A DNA stretch of 64,000 nt from assembly GCA_964291285.2 (NCBI GenBank), contig OZ219789.1, positions 256,001 through 320,000 on the forward strand. The letters run 5' to 3'. This document shows positions 30,619 to 40,962 of this stretch, piece after piece; the first letter of the stretch is position 1, and every line of letters starts with the position of its first letter. The DNA is from Alphaproteobacteria bacterium. GTDB lineage: Bacteria; Pseudomonadota; Alphaproteobacteria; Bin95. The notes under the pieces were generated by a model. That model ran no database searches. It was not told the origin of the DNA and was given only the letters and a program-made list of their open reading frames with translations. Both the position numbers and the translations under genes were made by a program.

Positions 30619-31425
30619 ATGACACCGTTTCCCGACCCTTCCCTCCAACGCGCCGATTGCCGGACGGCCTCGACGACGGCCCTTGCCGAGCGGCCGCCGA
30701 TCGTCACGCCGGCAGACATCTGCAACGATGCGATCGCGCTGCTGGAAGCCGGCTGGACCCAGGAGGGCGCGCTCGACGCCGAAGGCCGGTCCTGCAACGC
30801 GCTCTCGCCGCACGCCAGGCGCTTCTCCCTCGACGCTGCCATCCGCCGCGCCGCTTACGACCTCGGGGGACGGCATTTCCGCGACCGGCTGGACCCCGGC
30901 GATACCGCGGGCGACGCGCTGCGCGCCCTGGCCGGCCATCTCCTCGCCATGCTGCGCAAGGCGCTGCCGGCCGGTCCGCCGGAACTCACCGTGTTCGACG
31001 AGGTCTGCGACTCGCAGGAGCTCGCCGTCGCCGTACTCCGGTCGGCCCGCGCCTCCCTCCCGGAATATCCCGGCCTCCGGCCCCGAACGGCAACGAAGCG
31101 CAGGCGCCCGGGCGTGCATGCCTTCCTGGTCGAGGGCGAGGAGGCGGCCATCCTGCAGAGGGACGGGCAGTATTGGCGCATCCACGGCTTCGGCGAGGCC
31201 GGGCGCTGCCATGCCGCCACCACGCTCGCCGGGGTCCGGCGCTATTGCGAGATCTTCGCCTTCGCCGAAGCCGAGAAGACCCGGAAATACCGGATCGAAA
31301 AGCGCCGGCGCATCGCCCGGCTGCTCGCCGCCGACCGCTCGCCCGGTGTCTGGCGCGAGGTGCGGCGCATCCTCGAAAACCCGCTCGATCCCGACCCGCC
31401 GGCCGCCGCCTCTCCGCACGAATGA
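30619..31425 (+). CDS. Hypothetical protein
   Basis: RBS GAGG; 268 aa with GC3 bias. Confidence 0.65.
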   Translation: MTPFPDPSLQRADCRTASTTALAERPPIVTPADICNDAIALLEAGWTQEGALDAEGRSCNALSPHARRFSLDAAIRRAAYDLGGRHFRDRLDPGDTAGDALRALAGHLLAMLRKALPAGPPELTVFDEVCDSQELAVAVLRSARASLPEYPGLRPRTATKRRRPGVHAFLVEGEEAAILQRDGQYWRIHGFGEAGRCHAATTLAGVRRYCEIFAFAEAEKTRKYRIEKRRRIARLLAADRSPGVWREVRRILENPLDPDPPAAASPHE

Positions 31426-31485
31426 AACACGGCAGGGACGCCCCGCGCCGCCCATCCCCGTCTCCCGACACCTGAAGGAGCCGCC

Positions 31486-32298
31486 ATGCTTCACAGGATC
31501 ACCGGCCGCGCCACGAAGTGCGGCCCCTCCGCGATTTCCGCGATCGCCGGCGTGCCGACCCACGAGGCCGCGGCCGTCATCCGCCGCCTGTTCGACCGGC
31601 GCTCGGTCAACGGCGTCTTCATGGACGAGCTCGCCGCCGCGCTCGCCGAGTTCGGCTGGACGCCGGACTACGCCATCCGCCATCCGAAGCTTCGCGACCG
31701 CCGTTTCGCGCGCAGCGAGGAGGCCTGGGAGCGGATCTTCGCCGGCGTCCCCTCCGACGAGTGCGCCATGACGCTCGGCACGTTCCTCGACCCCGCGCCG
31801 GCCGGAACCTGGGCGATCTCGGCGAGCAACCATTTCATCGCCTATGCCGACGGCTTCGTCGCGGACTCTGGTGCCTGGGTTGAGCGCAAACCCCGCCCGT
31901 GGTTCCGCGCCGATCCCGACTGCGACCGGGTCGCAAGACGGCGCATCCGTGAGGCCGTCCGGTTCGTGCGCGCCGCCCCCGGCGACGCCCGCCGCAACCC
32001 GATGCCGGAAAGCGGACAGGCCCATAGCCCGGATCGACAGGCTCCGGCCGGCGCCGGACCGTCCCGCCCGGCTTCGCCCCGGCCCGTCCCCGACGGCGAG
32101 GAAGCCCCGGTGACAGGCAGGTTCCTGGTCAAGTCCCGGATGTTCACGCTCGGCATCGGCGCCGCCATGGACAGCCGTTTCGACAGCCGCGAGGAGGCGG
32201 AAGCCTATATCGACCGGGCGATGAAGCACTTCCCGGGCAGCCGCTACGACATCCGCGAAGACGCCGCCGAACCCGGCCGGCAGCCGAAGGCGGAGTAA
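31486..32298 (+). CDS. Hypothetical protein, possible papain/C39-like fold
   Basis: RBS AAGGAG; CGPSAISAIAG...ELAAAL...NHFIA...D. Confidence 0.6.
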   Translation: MLHRITGRATKCGPSAISAIAGVPTHEAAAVIRRLFDRRSVNGVFMDELAAALAEFGWTPDYAIRHPKLRDRRFARSEEAWERIFAGVPSDECAMTLGTFLDPAPAGTWAISASNHFIAYADGFVADSGAWVERKPRPWFRADPDCDRVARRRIREAVRFVRAAPGDARRNPMPESGQAHSPDRQAPAGAGPSRPASPRPVPDGEEAPVTGRFLVKSRMFTLGIGAAMDSRFDSREEAEAYIDRAMKHFPGSRYDIREDAAEPGRQPKAE

Positions 32299-32623
32299 GC
32301 CCGGGCCCCGCGCGGTAGGGACCGCCCTTTACGGGATCGGCGAGGTGTCCGGCGAGGCGGAGGAGAAGGTGCGCGCCCTCGGTATGCCTGCCTTCGCCGC
32401 CGACGGTCGACGCTTCGGCTGACACTGCCCGTCCGGGGCCCGCCTTGCGGCATTCGTCCCCGGGCCGGGTTTCCGACGGTTCCTTCCATCCCGCGTCTCC
32501 GCGCCCTGCACCCGGAAGAGGCCGGTCGGCGGGGCGGGGGCAGTCCGGCGGGCCGGCGCGGGAGGACCCGTTCCGCGCCGCGTTTCCGCCGGTCTTCCGC
32601 CCCTGCCGCACGGAGACCGCCCC

Positions 32624-35600
32624 ATGCTCGACGCCCGCCCGGCGCCGGACGCCCTCGCGCGTCCCCCTCTTCCCCAAACCGCCATCGATCCGCCCGCCAA
32701 ACAGGCCCGCCCGGTGGCCGGCGACGCCCTGTTCGCCGCAGCCCGAGCCCTGCTGCCGGTGCTGGAGGCGGGCAAGTCTCTCGATGCCGCGACCCTCCGG
32801 GAGACCATGACGGATGCCTTCGGCGGATCGGACGCTGCGGGCGCCTGGGTCTGGAAGGACGCCTACGAAGCTGCCGAGGCCGCCGTCGTCCTGTTCATGC
32901 AGCGCTATGGCAATCCCATGCACGGCAATGCCGGCGCCGGGCCGGACGGGACCCGCCGCATGCTGGCGATGCTGGAGGCGGTCGCGGCGCTGGAGCCGTC
33001 GCACACCAGGCGCTCCGAGGAGCAGGTCCGGCTCCAGCAGTTCTCGACGCCGCTGCCGCTCGCCTGGGCGGTCCTCCAGGCGGCGGGAGTCCGTCCCGGC
33101 GATACCGTGCTGGAGCCCTCGGCCGGCACCGGCATGCTGGCGGCGATGGCGCAGTGCGCGCTCGGCGACCGGGTGCCGGGCGCGCTCTACCTTAACGAAT
33201 ACGCCCACACGCGGGCGCGCCTCCTCACCAGGCTCTTCCCCGAGGCCGTCGTCACCGCGTTCGATGCAGAGGCGATCGCGGACCGGCTGCGCGACGTCCG
33301 GCCGACGGTCGTGCTGATGAACCCGCCGTTCTCCGTCACGCCGGGGGTCGACCGCATCCGGCGCGACGCCGACCTGCGCCATGTCCGCTCGGCCGCCTCG
33401 ATGCTGCCGCCGGGCGGCCGGCTGGTGACGATCACCTCGGCCCATTGCGCGCCCGGCGACACCGTCGGCCCTCTCTACCCCCCGGCCCGCTGCATCTTCA
33501 CCATGGCGATCGACGGCCGCGCCTATGCAAGGCGCGGCACCGGCTTCGACACCCGCCTCACCGTGCTGGAACGCGGCGCCGGGCCCGGCGTAGATGGCCT
33601 GCCCCGGACGGGTTCCGGGGTGGACGGAACGGCACGTGCCGCCGACGCCCGCGAACTGCTCGATGCCGTCATCGCGCAAGTGCCGCCACGCCAGCCGGTC
33701 GCGCCCGTCCCGGCCGGCCCCGCGCGCGACCTGTTCGGCAAGGCGGTCGCGCCGAAGCCCGCGACGCGCCGCGGTCCCAGGCCTGCCTCGACGCCCGAGA
33801 CGCGGGCTGTCCATGACTGGGGGCCGGTCTCCGAACTCGTTGTCGAGACCGGGCCGGTCGAACCCTCCGATACCAACACCGGCTCTACCGCCGGCACCGG
33901 TCCCTACGCCCCCTGGCGGCCGGGCGCGGTGCGCGTGCCGGGGGCGGTCGAGCATCCGACGCCGCTGGTGCAGTCCGCCGCCATGGCCGCCGTGCCCCAT
34001 CCGGCGCCGGCCTGGCGACCCATTCTGCCCGAGCGCGTCGTGACGGACGGCCTGCTGTCGGACGCCCAGCTGGAGAGCGTCGTGCTCGCGGGCGAAGCCC
34101 ATTCCCGGCACCTGGAGGCCGAGTACCGCATCGGCTCCCAGTGGGAGACCGTCCACCGTTGCCCGGAAGACGGGGATGGTGACGGCGAAGAGATCGACAC
34201 TTCGTTCGTGACGGCAGACGGCGAAACCCTGTCGGAGCCGGCGCGCTTCCGCCGGGGATGGATGCTGGGCGACGGCACCGGCTGCGGCAAGGGCCGGCAG
34301 GTCGCCGCCATCATCCTCGACAACCGGCTGCGCGGACGGAAGAAGGCGCTGTGGCTGTCGCAGTCCGACAAGCTGCTGGAGGACGCGCGCCGCGACTGGA
34401 CCGCATTGGGCGGACTGGAGAGCGACGTCATCCCGCTCGGCAACTTCCGCCAGGGAATGGAGATACCACTCGACGGGGGCATCCTGTTCTCGACCTACGC
34501 CACGCTGCGCTCGCCGTCCCGGCAGGGGAAGCCGTCGCGTCTGGAGCAGATCGTGGAGTGGCTGGCCGGCTCGCTCGACGAGGAGGACCGCCACGCCTTC
34601 GACGGCGTTATCGTGTTCGACGAGGCCCACGCCATGGCGAATGCGGCCGGCTCGAAGTCCGAGCGCGGCGAGACCAAGCCGTCCCAGCAGGGGCGTGCCG
34701 GCTTGCGCTTGCAGAACGCGCTGCCCGACGCGCGCATCGCCTATGTGTCGGCGACCGGCGCCACCACCGTCCCCGGCCTCGCCTATGCCGGCAGGCTCGG
34801 ATTGTGGGCCGCCGGCGAGACGCCGTTCGAGAAACGCACGGACTTCGTCGCCGCCATGGAAGCCGGCGGCGTCGCCGCGATGGAGGTCGTGGCGCGGGAC
34901 CTGAAGGCCCTCGGCCTCTACCAGGCCCGCGCACTCGCCTATGACGGCGTCGAGGTCGACATCCTGGAGCACCCGCTGACGCCCGAACAGCGGCGCATCT
35001 ACGACGCCTATGCCGGCGCCTTCAAGGTGATCCATGCCAACATCGAGGAGGCCCTGAAGGCCACCGGCATCGTCCAGGGCGAGGAGACGCTGAACAGGAA
35101 CGCCAAGTCGGCGGCCTACAGCGCCTTCGAGGGCATGAAGCAGCGCTTCTTCGGCCATCTGCTGACCGGCATGAAGTGCCCCTCCCTGATCCGCGCCGTC
35201 GAGGCCGACCTCGATGCCGGCCGGTCGGCCGTCGTCCAGCTGGTCTCGACCGGCGAGGCGCTGATGGAGCGCAGGATCGCCGAGATCCCGGCCTCCGAGT
35301 GGGACGACCTCAATATCGACCTCACGCCCCGGGACGGCATCCTGTCGTTCCTGATGCACGCCTTCCCGGTGCAGTTGCAGGAGCCCTTCACCGACGACGG
35401 CGGCAACCTGATGAGCCGGCCCGCAACCGACGAGGACGGCAACCCGGTGATCTGCCGGGAAGCCGAGGAACGGCGCGATGCCCTGATCGAGAAGCTCGCC
35501 GCATTGCCGCCGGTGCCGACGGCACTCGACCAGGTCGTGCAGCATTTCGGGCACGAAGCCGTTGCCGAGGTCACGGGACGGTCGCGGCGGATCCTGCGCA

Positions 35601-37141
35601 TTGCGGACGGGAAGGGCGAACGGCTCTCGCTGCGCTCGCGGCCCGCGTCCGCCAACCTTGCCGAGACCGCCGCGTTCATGGACGGCGAGAAGCGCATCCT
35701 GGCGTTCTCCATGGCGGGAGGCACCGGGCGCAGCTACCACGCCGACCTGTCCTGCGCCAACATCGAGCGGCGCATCCACTATCTGCTGGAGCCCGGCTGG
35801 AGGGCCGACCAGGCGATCCAGGGGCTGGGCCGCACCCACCGCACCCACCAGGCCTCGGCGCCGCTGTTCCGGCCCGTCACCACCGACGTCAAGGGCGAGC
35901 GCCGGTTCATCGCCACCATCGCCAGAAGGCTGGACAGCCTGGGCGCCATCACCCGGGGCCAGCGCGACAGCCAGACCGCCATGGGCGGCAGCGACGCCGC
36001 GCTCTTCCGCGAGAGCGACAATCTCGAATCCGACTATGCCAAGGCTGCGCTCAGGCAGTTCTACAGCGCGCTCTGGCGCGGGCGTATCGAGGGCTGGAAC
36101 GCGGAACGGTTCCAGGAGTCGACCGGCCTCAAGATCGTTCATGAGGGCGGGCTCAAGGACGACCTGCCGCCGATGCCGAAGTTCCTCAACCGGCTGCTGG
36201 CGCTCCCCATCGCCGAGCAGAACCAGCTCTTCGCCGAGCTGGAGGCGCGCATCGCCAGCAATATCGAGCAGGCGATGGAGGCCGGCAGCTATGAGGTCGG
36301 CGTCGAGACCGTGGTTGCCGACTCCCTCCTTGTCGGCGGGCGGGAGACGCTCTACGAACATCCCGGCACCGGTGTGGCAACCGAGCTGGTCGAGATCGTC
36401 CGCCGCGACCGGCTCGTGCCGCTTTCCGCCGACGCTGCTCTCACCATGGGCGCCCGCGATCCGGCTCCGGATGGCAAGCCGCGGCTTGTCTTCAATAGCC
36501 GGTCCAGGCGCGCCGCTGTCCTGCTGCCGGCGCCGTTGCGCATGCTGGACAATGGCGGGGTGCAGGAACGGGTGCAGCTGATCCGCCCCGCCACCCGGGA
36601 CCGCATGGCCCAGGCCGAGTTCACCGCATCCAACTGGGGCCGTGCCGACGAACGCCAGTGGCGCCGCGTCTGGGACGACGAGGTCGCCGGCCTGCCGAGC
36701 CACCGGGAGTCCCGCTTCTGGCTCGCCTCCGGCCTGCTGCTGCCGGTCTGGGACCGCCTGCCGGCCGAGAACATGCGGGTCAGGCGGCTCACCAGCGATG
36801 ACGGTATCGCGCTCATCGGGCGTGTGCTCGACGCCGAGCAGGTTCGCTCGGTACGCGCCGGGTTCGGGCTCGACGGCGGCCCCGCCATGTCCGGCGCGGA
36901 AGCCTTCGCGGCGGTCATGGACCGGGGCAACGCGCTTTCCCTCGCCAACGGCTGGCGTCTCGCGCGCCGACGGCTGATGGGCAGCAACCGCGTCGAGATC
37001 GAGGGGCCGGCCGACACCGACCTGCCCGCGCTGCGGCGCATGGGATGCACGGTCGAGATCGTCTCGTTCCGCGCCCGGATATTCGCGCCCAATGCCGGCG
37101 CGGTGGAGCGCATCCTGGACCGCTGGCCGCTCGCCGCGTGA
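32624..37141 (+). CDS. Strawberry-notch family methyltransferase/SF2 helicase fusion
   Basis: QQFSTP, VLEPSAGTG, NPPF; GDGTGCGKGRQ, FDEAH, SATGA, QGLGRTHR; 1505 aa. Confidence 0.92.
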   Translation: MLDARPAPDALARPPLPQTAIDPPAKQARPVAGDALFAAARALLPVLEAGKSLDAATLRETMTDAFGGSDAAGAWVWKDAYEAAEAAVVLFMQRYGNPMHGNAGAGPDGTRRMLAMLEAVAALEPSHTRRSEEQVRLQQFSTPLPLAWAVLQAAGVRPGDTVLEPSAGTGMLAAMAQCALGDRVPGALYLNEYAHTRARLLTRLFPEAVVTAFDAEAIADRLRDVRPTVVLMNPPFSVTPGVDRIRRDADLRHVRSAASMLPPGGRLVTITSAHCAPGDTVGPLYPPARCIFTMAIDGRAYARRGTGFDTRLTVLERGAGPGVDGLPRTGSGVDGTARAADARELLDAVIAQVPPRQPVAPVPAGPARDLFGKAVAPKPATRRGPRPASTPETRAVHDWGPVSELVVETGPVEPSDTNTGSTAGTGPYAPWRPGAVRVPGAVEHPTPLVQSAAMAAVPHPAPAWRPILPERVVTDGLLSDAQLESVVLAGEAHSRHLEAEYRIGSQWETVHRCPEDGDGDGEEIDTSFVTADGETLSEPARFRRGWMLGDGTGCGKGRQVAAIILDNRLRGRKKALWLSQSDKLLEDARRDWTALGGLESDVIPLGNFRQGMEIPLDGGILFSTYATLRSPSRQGKPSRLEQIVEWLAGSLDEEDRHAFDGVIVFDEAHAMANAAGSKSERGETKPSQQGRAGLRLQNALPDARIAYVSATGATTVPGLAYAGRLGLWAAGETPFEKRTDFVAAMEAGGVAAMEVVARDLKALGLYQARALAYDGVEVDILEHPLTPEQRRIYDAYAGAFKVIHANIEEALKATGIVQGEETLNRNAKSAAYSAFEGMKQRFFGHLLTGMKCPSLIRAVEADLDAGRSAVVQLVSTGEALMERRIAEIPASEWDDLNIDLTPRDGILSFLMHAFPVQLQEPFTDDGGNLMSRPATDEDGNPVICREAEERRDALIEKLAALPPVPTALDQVVQHFGHEAVAEVTGRSRRILRIADGKGERLSLRSRPASANLAETAAFMDGEKRILAFSMAGGTGRSYHADLSCANIERRIHYLLEPGWRADQAIQGLGRTHRTHQASAPLFRPVTTDVKGERRFIATIARRLDSLGAITRGQRDSQTAMGGSDAALFRESDNLESDYAKAALRQFYSALWRGRIEGWNAERFQESTGLKIVHEGGLKDDLPPMPKFLNRLLALPIAEQNQLFAELEARIASNIEQAMEAGSYEVGVETVVADSLLVGGRETLYEHPGTGVATELVEIVRRDRLVPLSADAALTMGARDPAPDGKPRLVFNSRSRRAAVLLPAPLRMLDNGGVQERVQLIRPATRDRMAQAEFTASNWGRADERQWRRVWDDEVAGLPSHRESRFWLASGLLLPVWDRLPAENMRVRRLTSDDGIALIGRVLDAEQVRSVRAGFGLDGGPAMSGAEAFAAVMDRGNALSLANGWRLARRRLMGSNRVEIEGPADTDLPALRRMGCTVEIVSFRARIFAPNAGAVERILDRWPLAA

Positions 37142-37234
37142 CACCCGGAGAATTCACCCGTTCAATGCCCGGCCGGGATACGTATCGCCGGCCGGGCGGC
37201 GGCCGCTGCCGCCGCAACCCAAGGAGAGGCCCCC

Positions 37235-37504
37235 ATGACCGCGCAGACCCTGCCGGACGAACCCAATTTCTGTTTCGCGCCGGCCTACGATGTCGAGACC
37301 GAGGTGCAGCAGATCCACATCGTCATCGAAGGCCTCGCCGGCCATGTCCCGACCGCGCTGGTCACGCTCGACCTCGACCAGGCGCTCGACATCTGCGACA
37401 AGCTGAACCGCCGGCTCGGCCTGGACCGGGAGGCGTGGACCGCCATGGTGGCCGAATCCATGCGCGCCGAGGACGGCGACCCGGAGAACGGCACGCGGCA
37501 TTGA
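37235..37504 (+). CDS. Hypothetical protein
   Basis: RBS AAGGAGAGG; 89 aa. Confidence 0.65.
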   Translation: MTAQTLPDEPNFCFAPAYDVETEVQQIHIVIEGLAGHVPTALVTLDLDQALDICDKLNRRLGLDREAWTAMVAESMRAEDGDPENGTRH

Positions 37505-37590
37505 GCCCGCCGCCTTGCTGCCTTTCTACACCATTGCTATATCCTGAACTTGGCGAGCGCGCTGGCGCAGCCGGAAGGAAGGAGACCCGC

Positions 37591-37848
37591 ATGCCCCAGG
37601 TGAATTTCCGCGCGTCCAGCGAACGCCTGGCCGTCATCGACCGCGCCGCGGCCATCCGGGGCGTCAGCCGGACCGAGTTCGTGCTCCGGTCGAGCGAAGC
37701 GGCGGCGATCGAGGTCCTCAACGAGCGTCCCGTGATCGCCCTCGACGACGAGGCATGGGACGACTTCCTTGCCGCGCTCGACGCGCCGGTGGAGATCGAC
37801 CCCGCCGTGAAGGCGCGTTACGCGCGCCGGCCCCAGTGGGACCGCTAG
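37591..37848 (+). CDS. DUF1778 (TacA-like RHH) antitoxin
   Basis: VNFRAS...IDRAAAIRGVSRTEFVL...WDDFLAALDAP...PQWD. Confidence 0.88.
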   Translation: MPQVNFRASSERLAVIDRAAAIRGVSRTEFVLRSSEAAAIEVLNERPVIALDDEAWDDFLAALDAPVEIDPAVKARYARRPQWDR

Positions 37849-38339
37849 GCCCGCCGGAGCCGCTCGCCTCCCGCCACGACATCTCGCAGTTCTCCTCGGG
37901 CGTCCCCACTCTCGACGCCTGGCTCCGGGGCAAGGCAAGGCTGAACGAGGCCAGGGGCGGCGCGCGCACCTATGTCGCCTGCGACGGCGACCGCGTGGCC
38001 GGGTTCTACAGCCTCGCCGCCAGCTCCGTCGAACGGAGCCGGGTGTCGTCCCGGGTCGGCCGGAACATGCCCGACCCGGTCCCGGTCATCCTGCTGGGAC
38101 AGCTCGCGGTGGACGAGGCCTACCGGGGCCGGCGCCTCGGTTCCGACCTCCTGGTGGACGCGGCCGGGCGCTCGCTCGCCGCCGCCGGCACGGTCGGCGC
38201 CCGCGCCGTCATCGTGCAGGCCATAGACGAACGCGCAACGGCGTTCTACGAACGGTTCGGCTTCCGTCCGTTCTCGGAGCGCGAGCCGCTGATGCTGGCC
38301 CTGCGGATGTCGGAGATCGCCGGCCTTCTGGACGCGTAA
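37836..38339 (+). CDS. GNAT acetyltransferase toxin (TacT/AtaT-like)
   Basis: HDISQFSSGVPTLDAWL, PVPVILLGQLAVD+YRGRRLG, VQAID+A+FYERFGF; overlaps the antitoxin gene. Confidence 0.88.
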   Translation: MGPLGPPEPLASRHDISQFSSGVPTLDAWLRGKARLNEARGGARTYVACDGDRVAGFYSLAASSVERSRVSSRVGRNMPDPVPVILLGQLAVDEAYRGRRLGSDLLVDAAGRSLAAAGTVGARAVIVQAIDERATAFYERFGFRPFSEREPLMLALRMSEIAGLLDA

Positions 38340-38485
38340 GCTGCGCAGCCGGCCCGCCGTCCGCCGCTCGCGACCCAATGCGCCTGCCGCCGCAAGTGCC
38401 TCCATGCGGCGGTGCGGCCCGGACTATCCGATGCCGGAATAGCCGCTGCGGAAAGATCGGGACAAGTACCGGCGCCGATCGACGG

Positions 38486-39145
38486 TCAGACGGCTGCTTC
38501 CACGGTGATCACCAAGCGTTTCCCGAAGCGGGCCAGGGCCTCCTCCAGCCGGCCGATCTTGGTGGCGTGGCGAGGGTCGAGCATGCGGCGAACCTCGCTT
38601 TCCTGGACGCCCAGGGCCACCGCGAAGGCGCTGTTGGACAGCCGCTGCTCGCGCCGGGCCTCGTAGAGAGCTGCCTTGGCGGCCAGGACCGCGCCGGGAA
38701 CCACCGTCGGCCGGCCCTTCGCAGGGCTCGGCGCGGGAATGTCCTCGCGCCGCGCCATGCGGCCCGCCAGCGCCTCCTCCAGGCAGTCGGCGGCTTCGGC
38801 GACCGCCTCGGCAACCGTATCGCCGTCCGTGAACGCCTCGTCGAAGTCCGGGAAGGTCGCCGAATATCCGCCCTCGCGTTCCTCGTGGAGGTCGATGGGG
38901 TAGCTGTATCGGGTTGCCATGGTCGGAACTCCCTGAAGGTCGTTCGGGTCGATGCCGAGCTGCTTGCACATGCCGCGCAGCGTGCTGGCTTTGAGCGGCT
39001 TCCTGCGGTTCTTCACCACTGTGAGGCGGTCGCCGTGGTACAGGGTCCCGTGACTGCCCTTGCCTCTTGTCCTGTCGAACCTGACCGCGATCCCGTTCCT
39101 GCGCGCCAGCCGTCTCGCTTTCGCCATGAATTCGCGCCCGTTCAC
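38486..39145 (-). CDS. In-frame HicA-HicB fusion (HicA-like 39145-38936; HicB-like 38920-38486)
   Basis: GKGSHG HicA motif; HicB YSATFPDF+AFTDG...EDIPAPS plus HTH; CAG at 38933-38935 where a stop is expected. Confidence 0.8.
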   Translation of the reverse strand: MNGREFMAKARRLARRNGIAVRFDRTRGKGSHGTLYHGDRLTVVKNRRKPLKASTLRGMCKQLGIDPNDLQGVPTMATRYSYPIDLHEEREGGYSATFPDFDEAFTDGDTVAEAVAEAADCLEEALAGRMARREDIPAPSPAKGRPTVVPGAVLAAKAALYEARREQRLSNSAFAVALGVQESEVRRMLDPRHATKIGRLEEALARFGKRLVITVEAAV

Positions 39146-39326
39146 CGGCGGCACGTTCGCACAAAAATGCGCGAATGGCCAATGGCTGCCTCACGGACAT
39201 TCCTGCGCGAGCCGGTGAAGGCAGGGGCCGGACCGCATATCGCCGTGGAGGTGGAGAAGAGCGGTCCGGGAGCGAAGCCGCTGACGGAGAGGGAGCGGCG
39301 GCAATCGTAACCGGGGAGATCGGGGC

Positions 39327-39863
39327 ATGGCGACATTGCGATATGCGGGGATCGGGGCGCGGGCAACGCCGGTATCCGTGTTGGCCGACATGACCGTGAT
39401 GGCGGGATGGCTGGCGCGGACCGGCTGGCATCTGTCTTCCGGCGGAGCGGACGGGGCCGATGCTGCGTTTGCGGCGGAAGCGCCGGCGGAGCAGCGGACG
39501 GTGTGGCTGCCGTGGCGGGGCTATAACGGGCATCGGGGTCCGGACTGCCGGGTGCTGTCGGCGGCGGCGATGACGGCGTGCCTGGAGATCGCGGCGCCCC
39601 TGCATCCGGCCTGGGAGCGGTGTTCGCCGGCCGTCCGCAAGCTGCATGCCCGGAACGCGGCGGTGCTGTTGGGCGAGGCGTTGGACCGGCCGGTGGATGC
39701 GGTCGTGTGCTGGAGCGAACGCGGCGCGGTAACCGGCGGCACGGGGATGGCCATCCGCATCGCCCAGGCCCGCGGCATCCCGGTGCTCAATCTCGGATCG
39801 ATGACGCCGCGTGCCGTCTGCGAGCGCCTGGCCGCGATCCGCCGCGCCGTCCATCCGTCGTAG
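39327..39863 (+). CDS. DprA/Smf-like SLOG domain protein
   Basis: YAGIGARATP, SSGGADGAD, LHARN, GGTGMAIRIA+GIPVLNL. Confidence 0.8.
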   Translation: MATLRYAGIGARATPVSVLADMTVMAGWLARTGWHLSSGGADGADAAFAAEAPAEQRTVWLPWRGYNGHRGPDCRVLSAAAMTACLEIAAPLHPAWERCSPAVRKLHARNAAVLLGEALDRPVDAVVCWSERGAVTGGTGMAIRIAQARGIPVLNLGSMTPRAVCERLAAIRRAVHPS

Positions 39864-39965
39864 AGGAGGAGGCGAGCGCCTGTCGGGCGAGTGTCCGGCA
39901 GGGCCGGCGGGAGTGGGTCCCCCGCGCCGATGCCGGACCGGGCAACGGCAGAGGAGGTCCCGCCC

Positions 39966-40193
39966 ATGTTCCACCCCGATACATCCCTCGACCGGCTGGC
40001 CGAACTGGGCATCGACCCGGCGGCGGTCCGCGAGGTCGTCGAGGACGAGCGCGCGATCCGCTGTCCCGACCGGAGCGCGGTCTATCCCGCATACGGCTTC
40101 GCGAGCCTCACCCCGGAACCGGCGCTGGAACCGGGCCTGGCGGAGCCGCCGGAGCCCTGGGACCCGGCGTCGTCGCTCCCTCCGGCCGGGTAG
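39966..40193 (+). CDS. Small hypothetical protein
   Basis: RBS GAGGAGG; 75 aa. Confidence 0.5.
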   Translation: MFHPDTSLDRLAELGIDPAAVREVVEDERAIRCPDRSAVYPAYGFASLTPEPALEPGLAEPPEPWDPASSLPPAG

Positions 40194-40302
40194 AGGTGGA
40201 GGAGGGCTTGAAGAGATTGAACGGTCGGGGGTTCGGGGGAGTGATCCCGGTCCCGGCCGTTCGCAACCCATCGTCAGCATCCAGACCCATGAGGAGATCG
40301 TC

Positions 40303-40767
40303 ATGGCATTCGGAAAGAACTACGCGGAAGTGGTCGGCCGCCTCGGCGCGGACGTCACCGTCAACCACCTCGCCTCGGGCGGGCGCGTCGCCAATCTGAG
40401 CATCGCGACCGACGAGTCGTACATCGATCGCAACTCCGGCCAGAAGATGGACCGGACCGAATGGCATCGGGCGGTCACGTTCCAGGACGGCCTCATCGAC
40501 ATGCTCCAGAAGCACGCGACCAAGGGCCGGCTCATCAGCGTCGAGGGCAAGATGCAGACCCGGCGCTGGCGCAAGGAGGGCGAGGACTCCGACCGCTTCT
40601 CGACCGAGATCATCGTCGTGCCGGGCCACCGGGTGCAGTTCTACGACAAGCCGAACGGCGCGGCGACACAGGCCGATCCCGCCATGACCGGCCACAATGG
40701 CGGCCCGCCCCTCGACGACACCCCGGCTTCGCTGCCCGCCGGCCTGGACGACGACATCCCGTTCTGA
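40303..40767 (+). CDS. ssb: Single-stranded DNA-binding protein
   Basis: VGRLGAD, SIATDESY, TEWHR, VEGKMQTRRW, C-terminal DDDIPF. Confidence 0.95.
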   Translation: MAFGKNYAEVVGRLGADVTVNHLASGGRVANLSIATDESYIDRNSGQKMDRTEWHRAVTFQDGLIDMLQKHATKGRLISVEGKMQTRRWRKEGEDSDRFSTEIIVVPGHRVQFYDKPNGAATQADPAMTGHNGGPPLDDTPASLPAGLDDDIPF

Positions 40768-40796
40768 GTCCGTCCTCTCTCCTCCCTCCCGCCTCG

Positions 40797-40829
40797 GGGG
40801 CCGGCGCTTCGCGTCGGTCCCCATTTTTT
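40797..40829 (+). terminator. Intrinsic terminator after ssb
   Basis: GGGGCCGGCGC-TTC-GCGTCGGTCCCC followed by ATTTTTT. Confidence 0.75.
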
Positions 40830-40962
40830 GTGCAGCCGATCCGGAGGCGTCCCGTCCGGGCCGCGCCCTCGCGCTTCGCGCGGCGCACTCGCCCTCCGGC
40901 GCCGGCCGGAGGCGGAGGCCGGCCGGTACCGGGCGTCCCGCATGGCTTGAAGGAGGTCCCGC

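Noticed and set aside
32144-37144. 1666-aa minus-strand ORF, and similar long ORFs at 23007-26093, 41442-44576, 38424-40304, 47756-49336
   Set aside because: Antisense or off-frame shadows of real genes in high-GC DNA; Arg/Gly/Ala-rich with no motifs.
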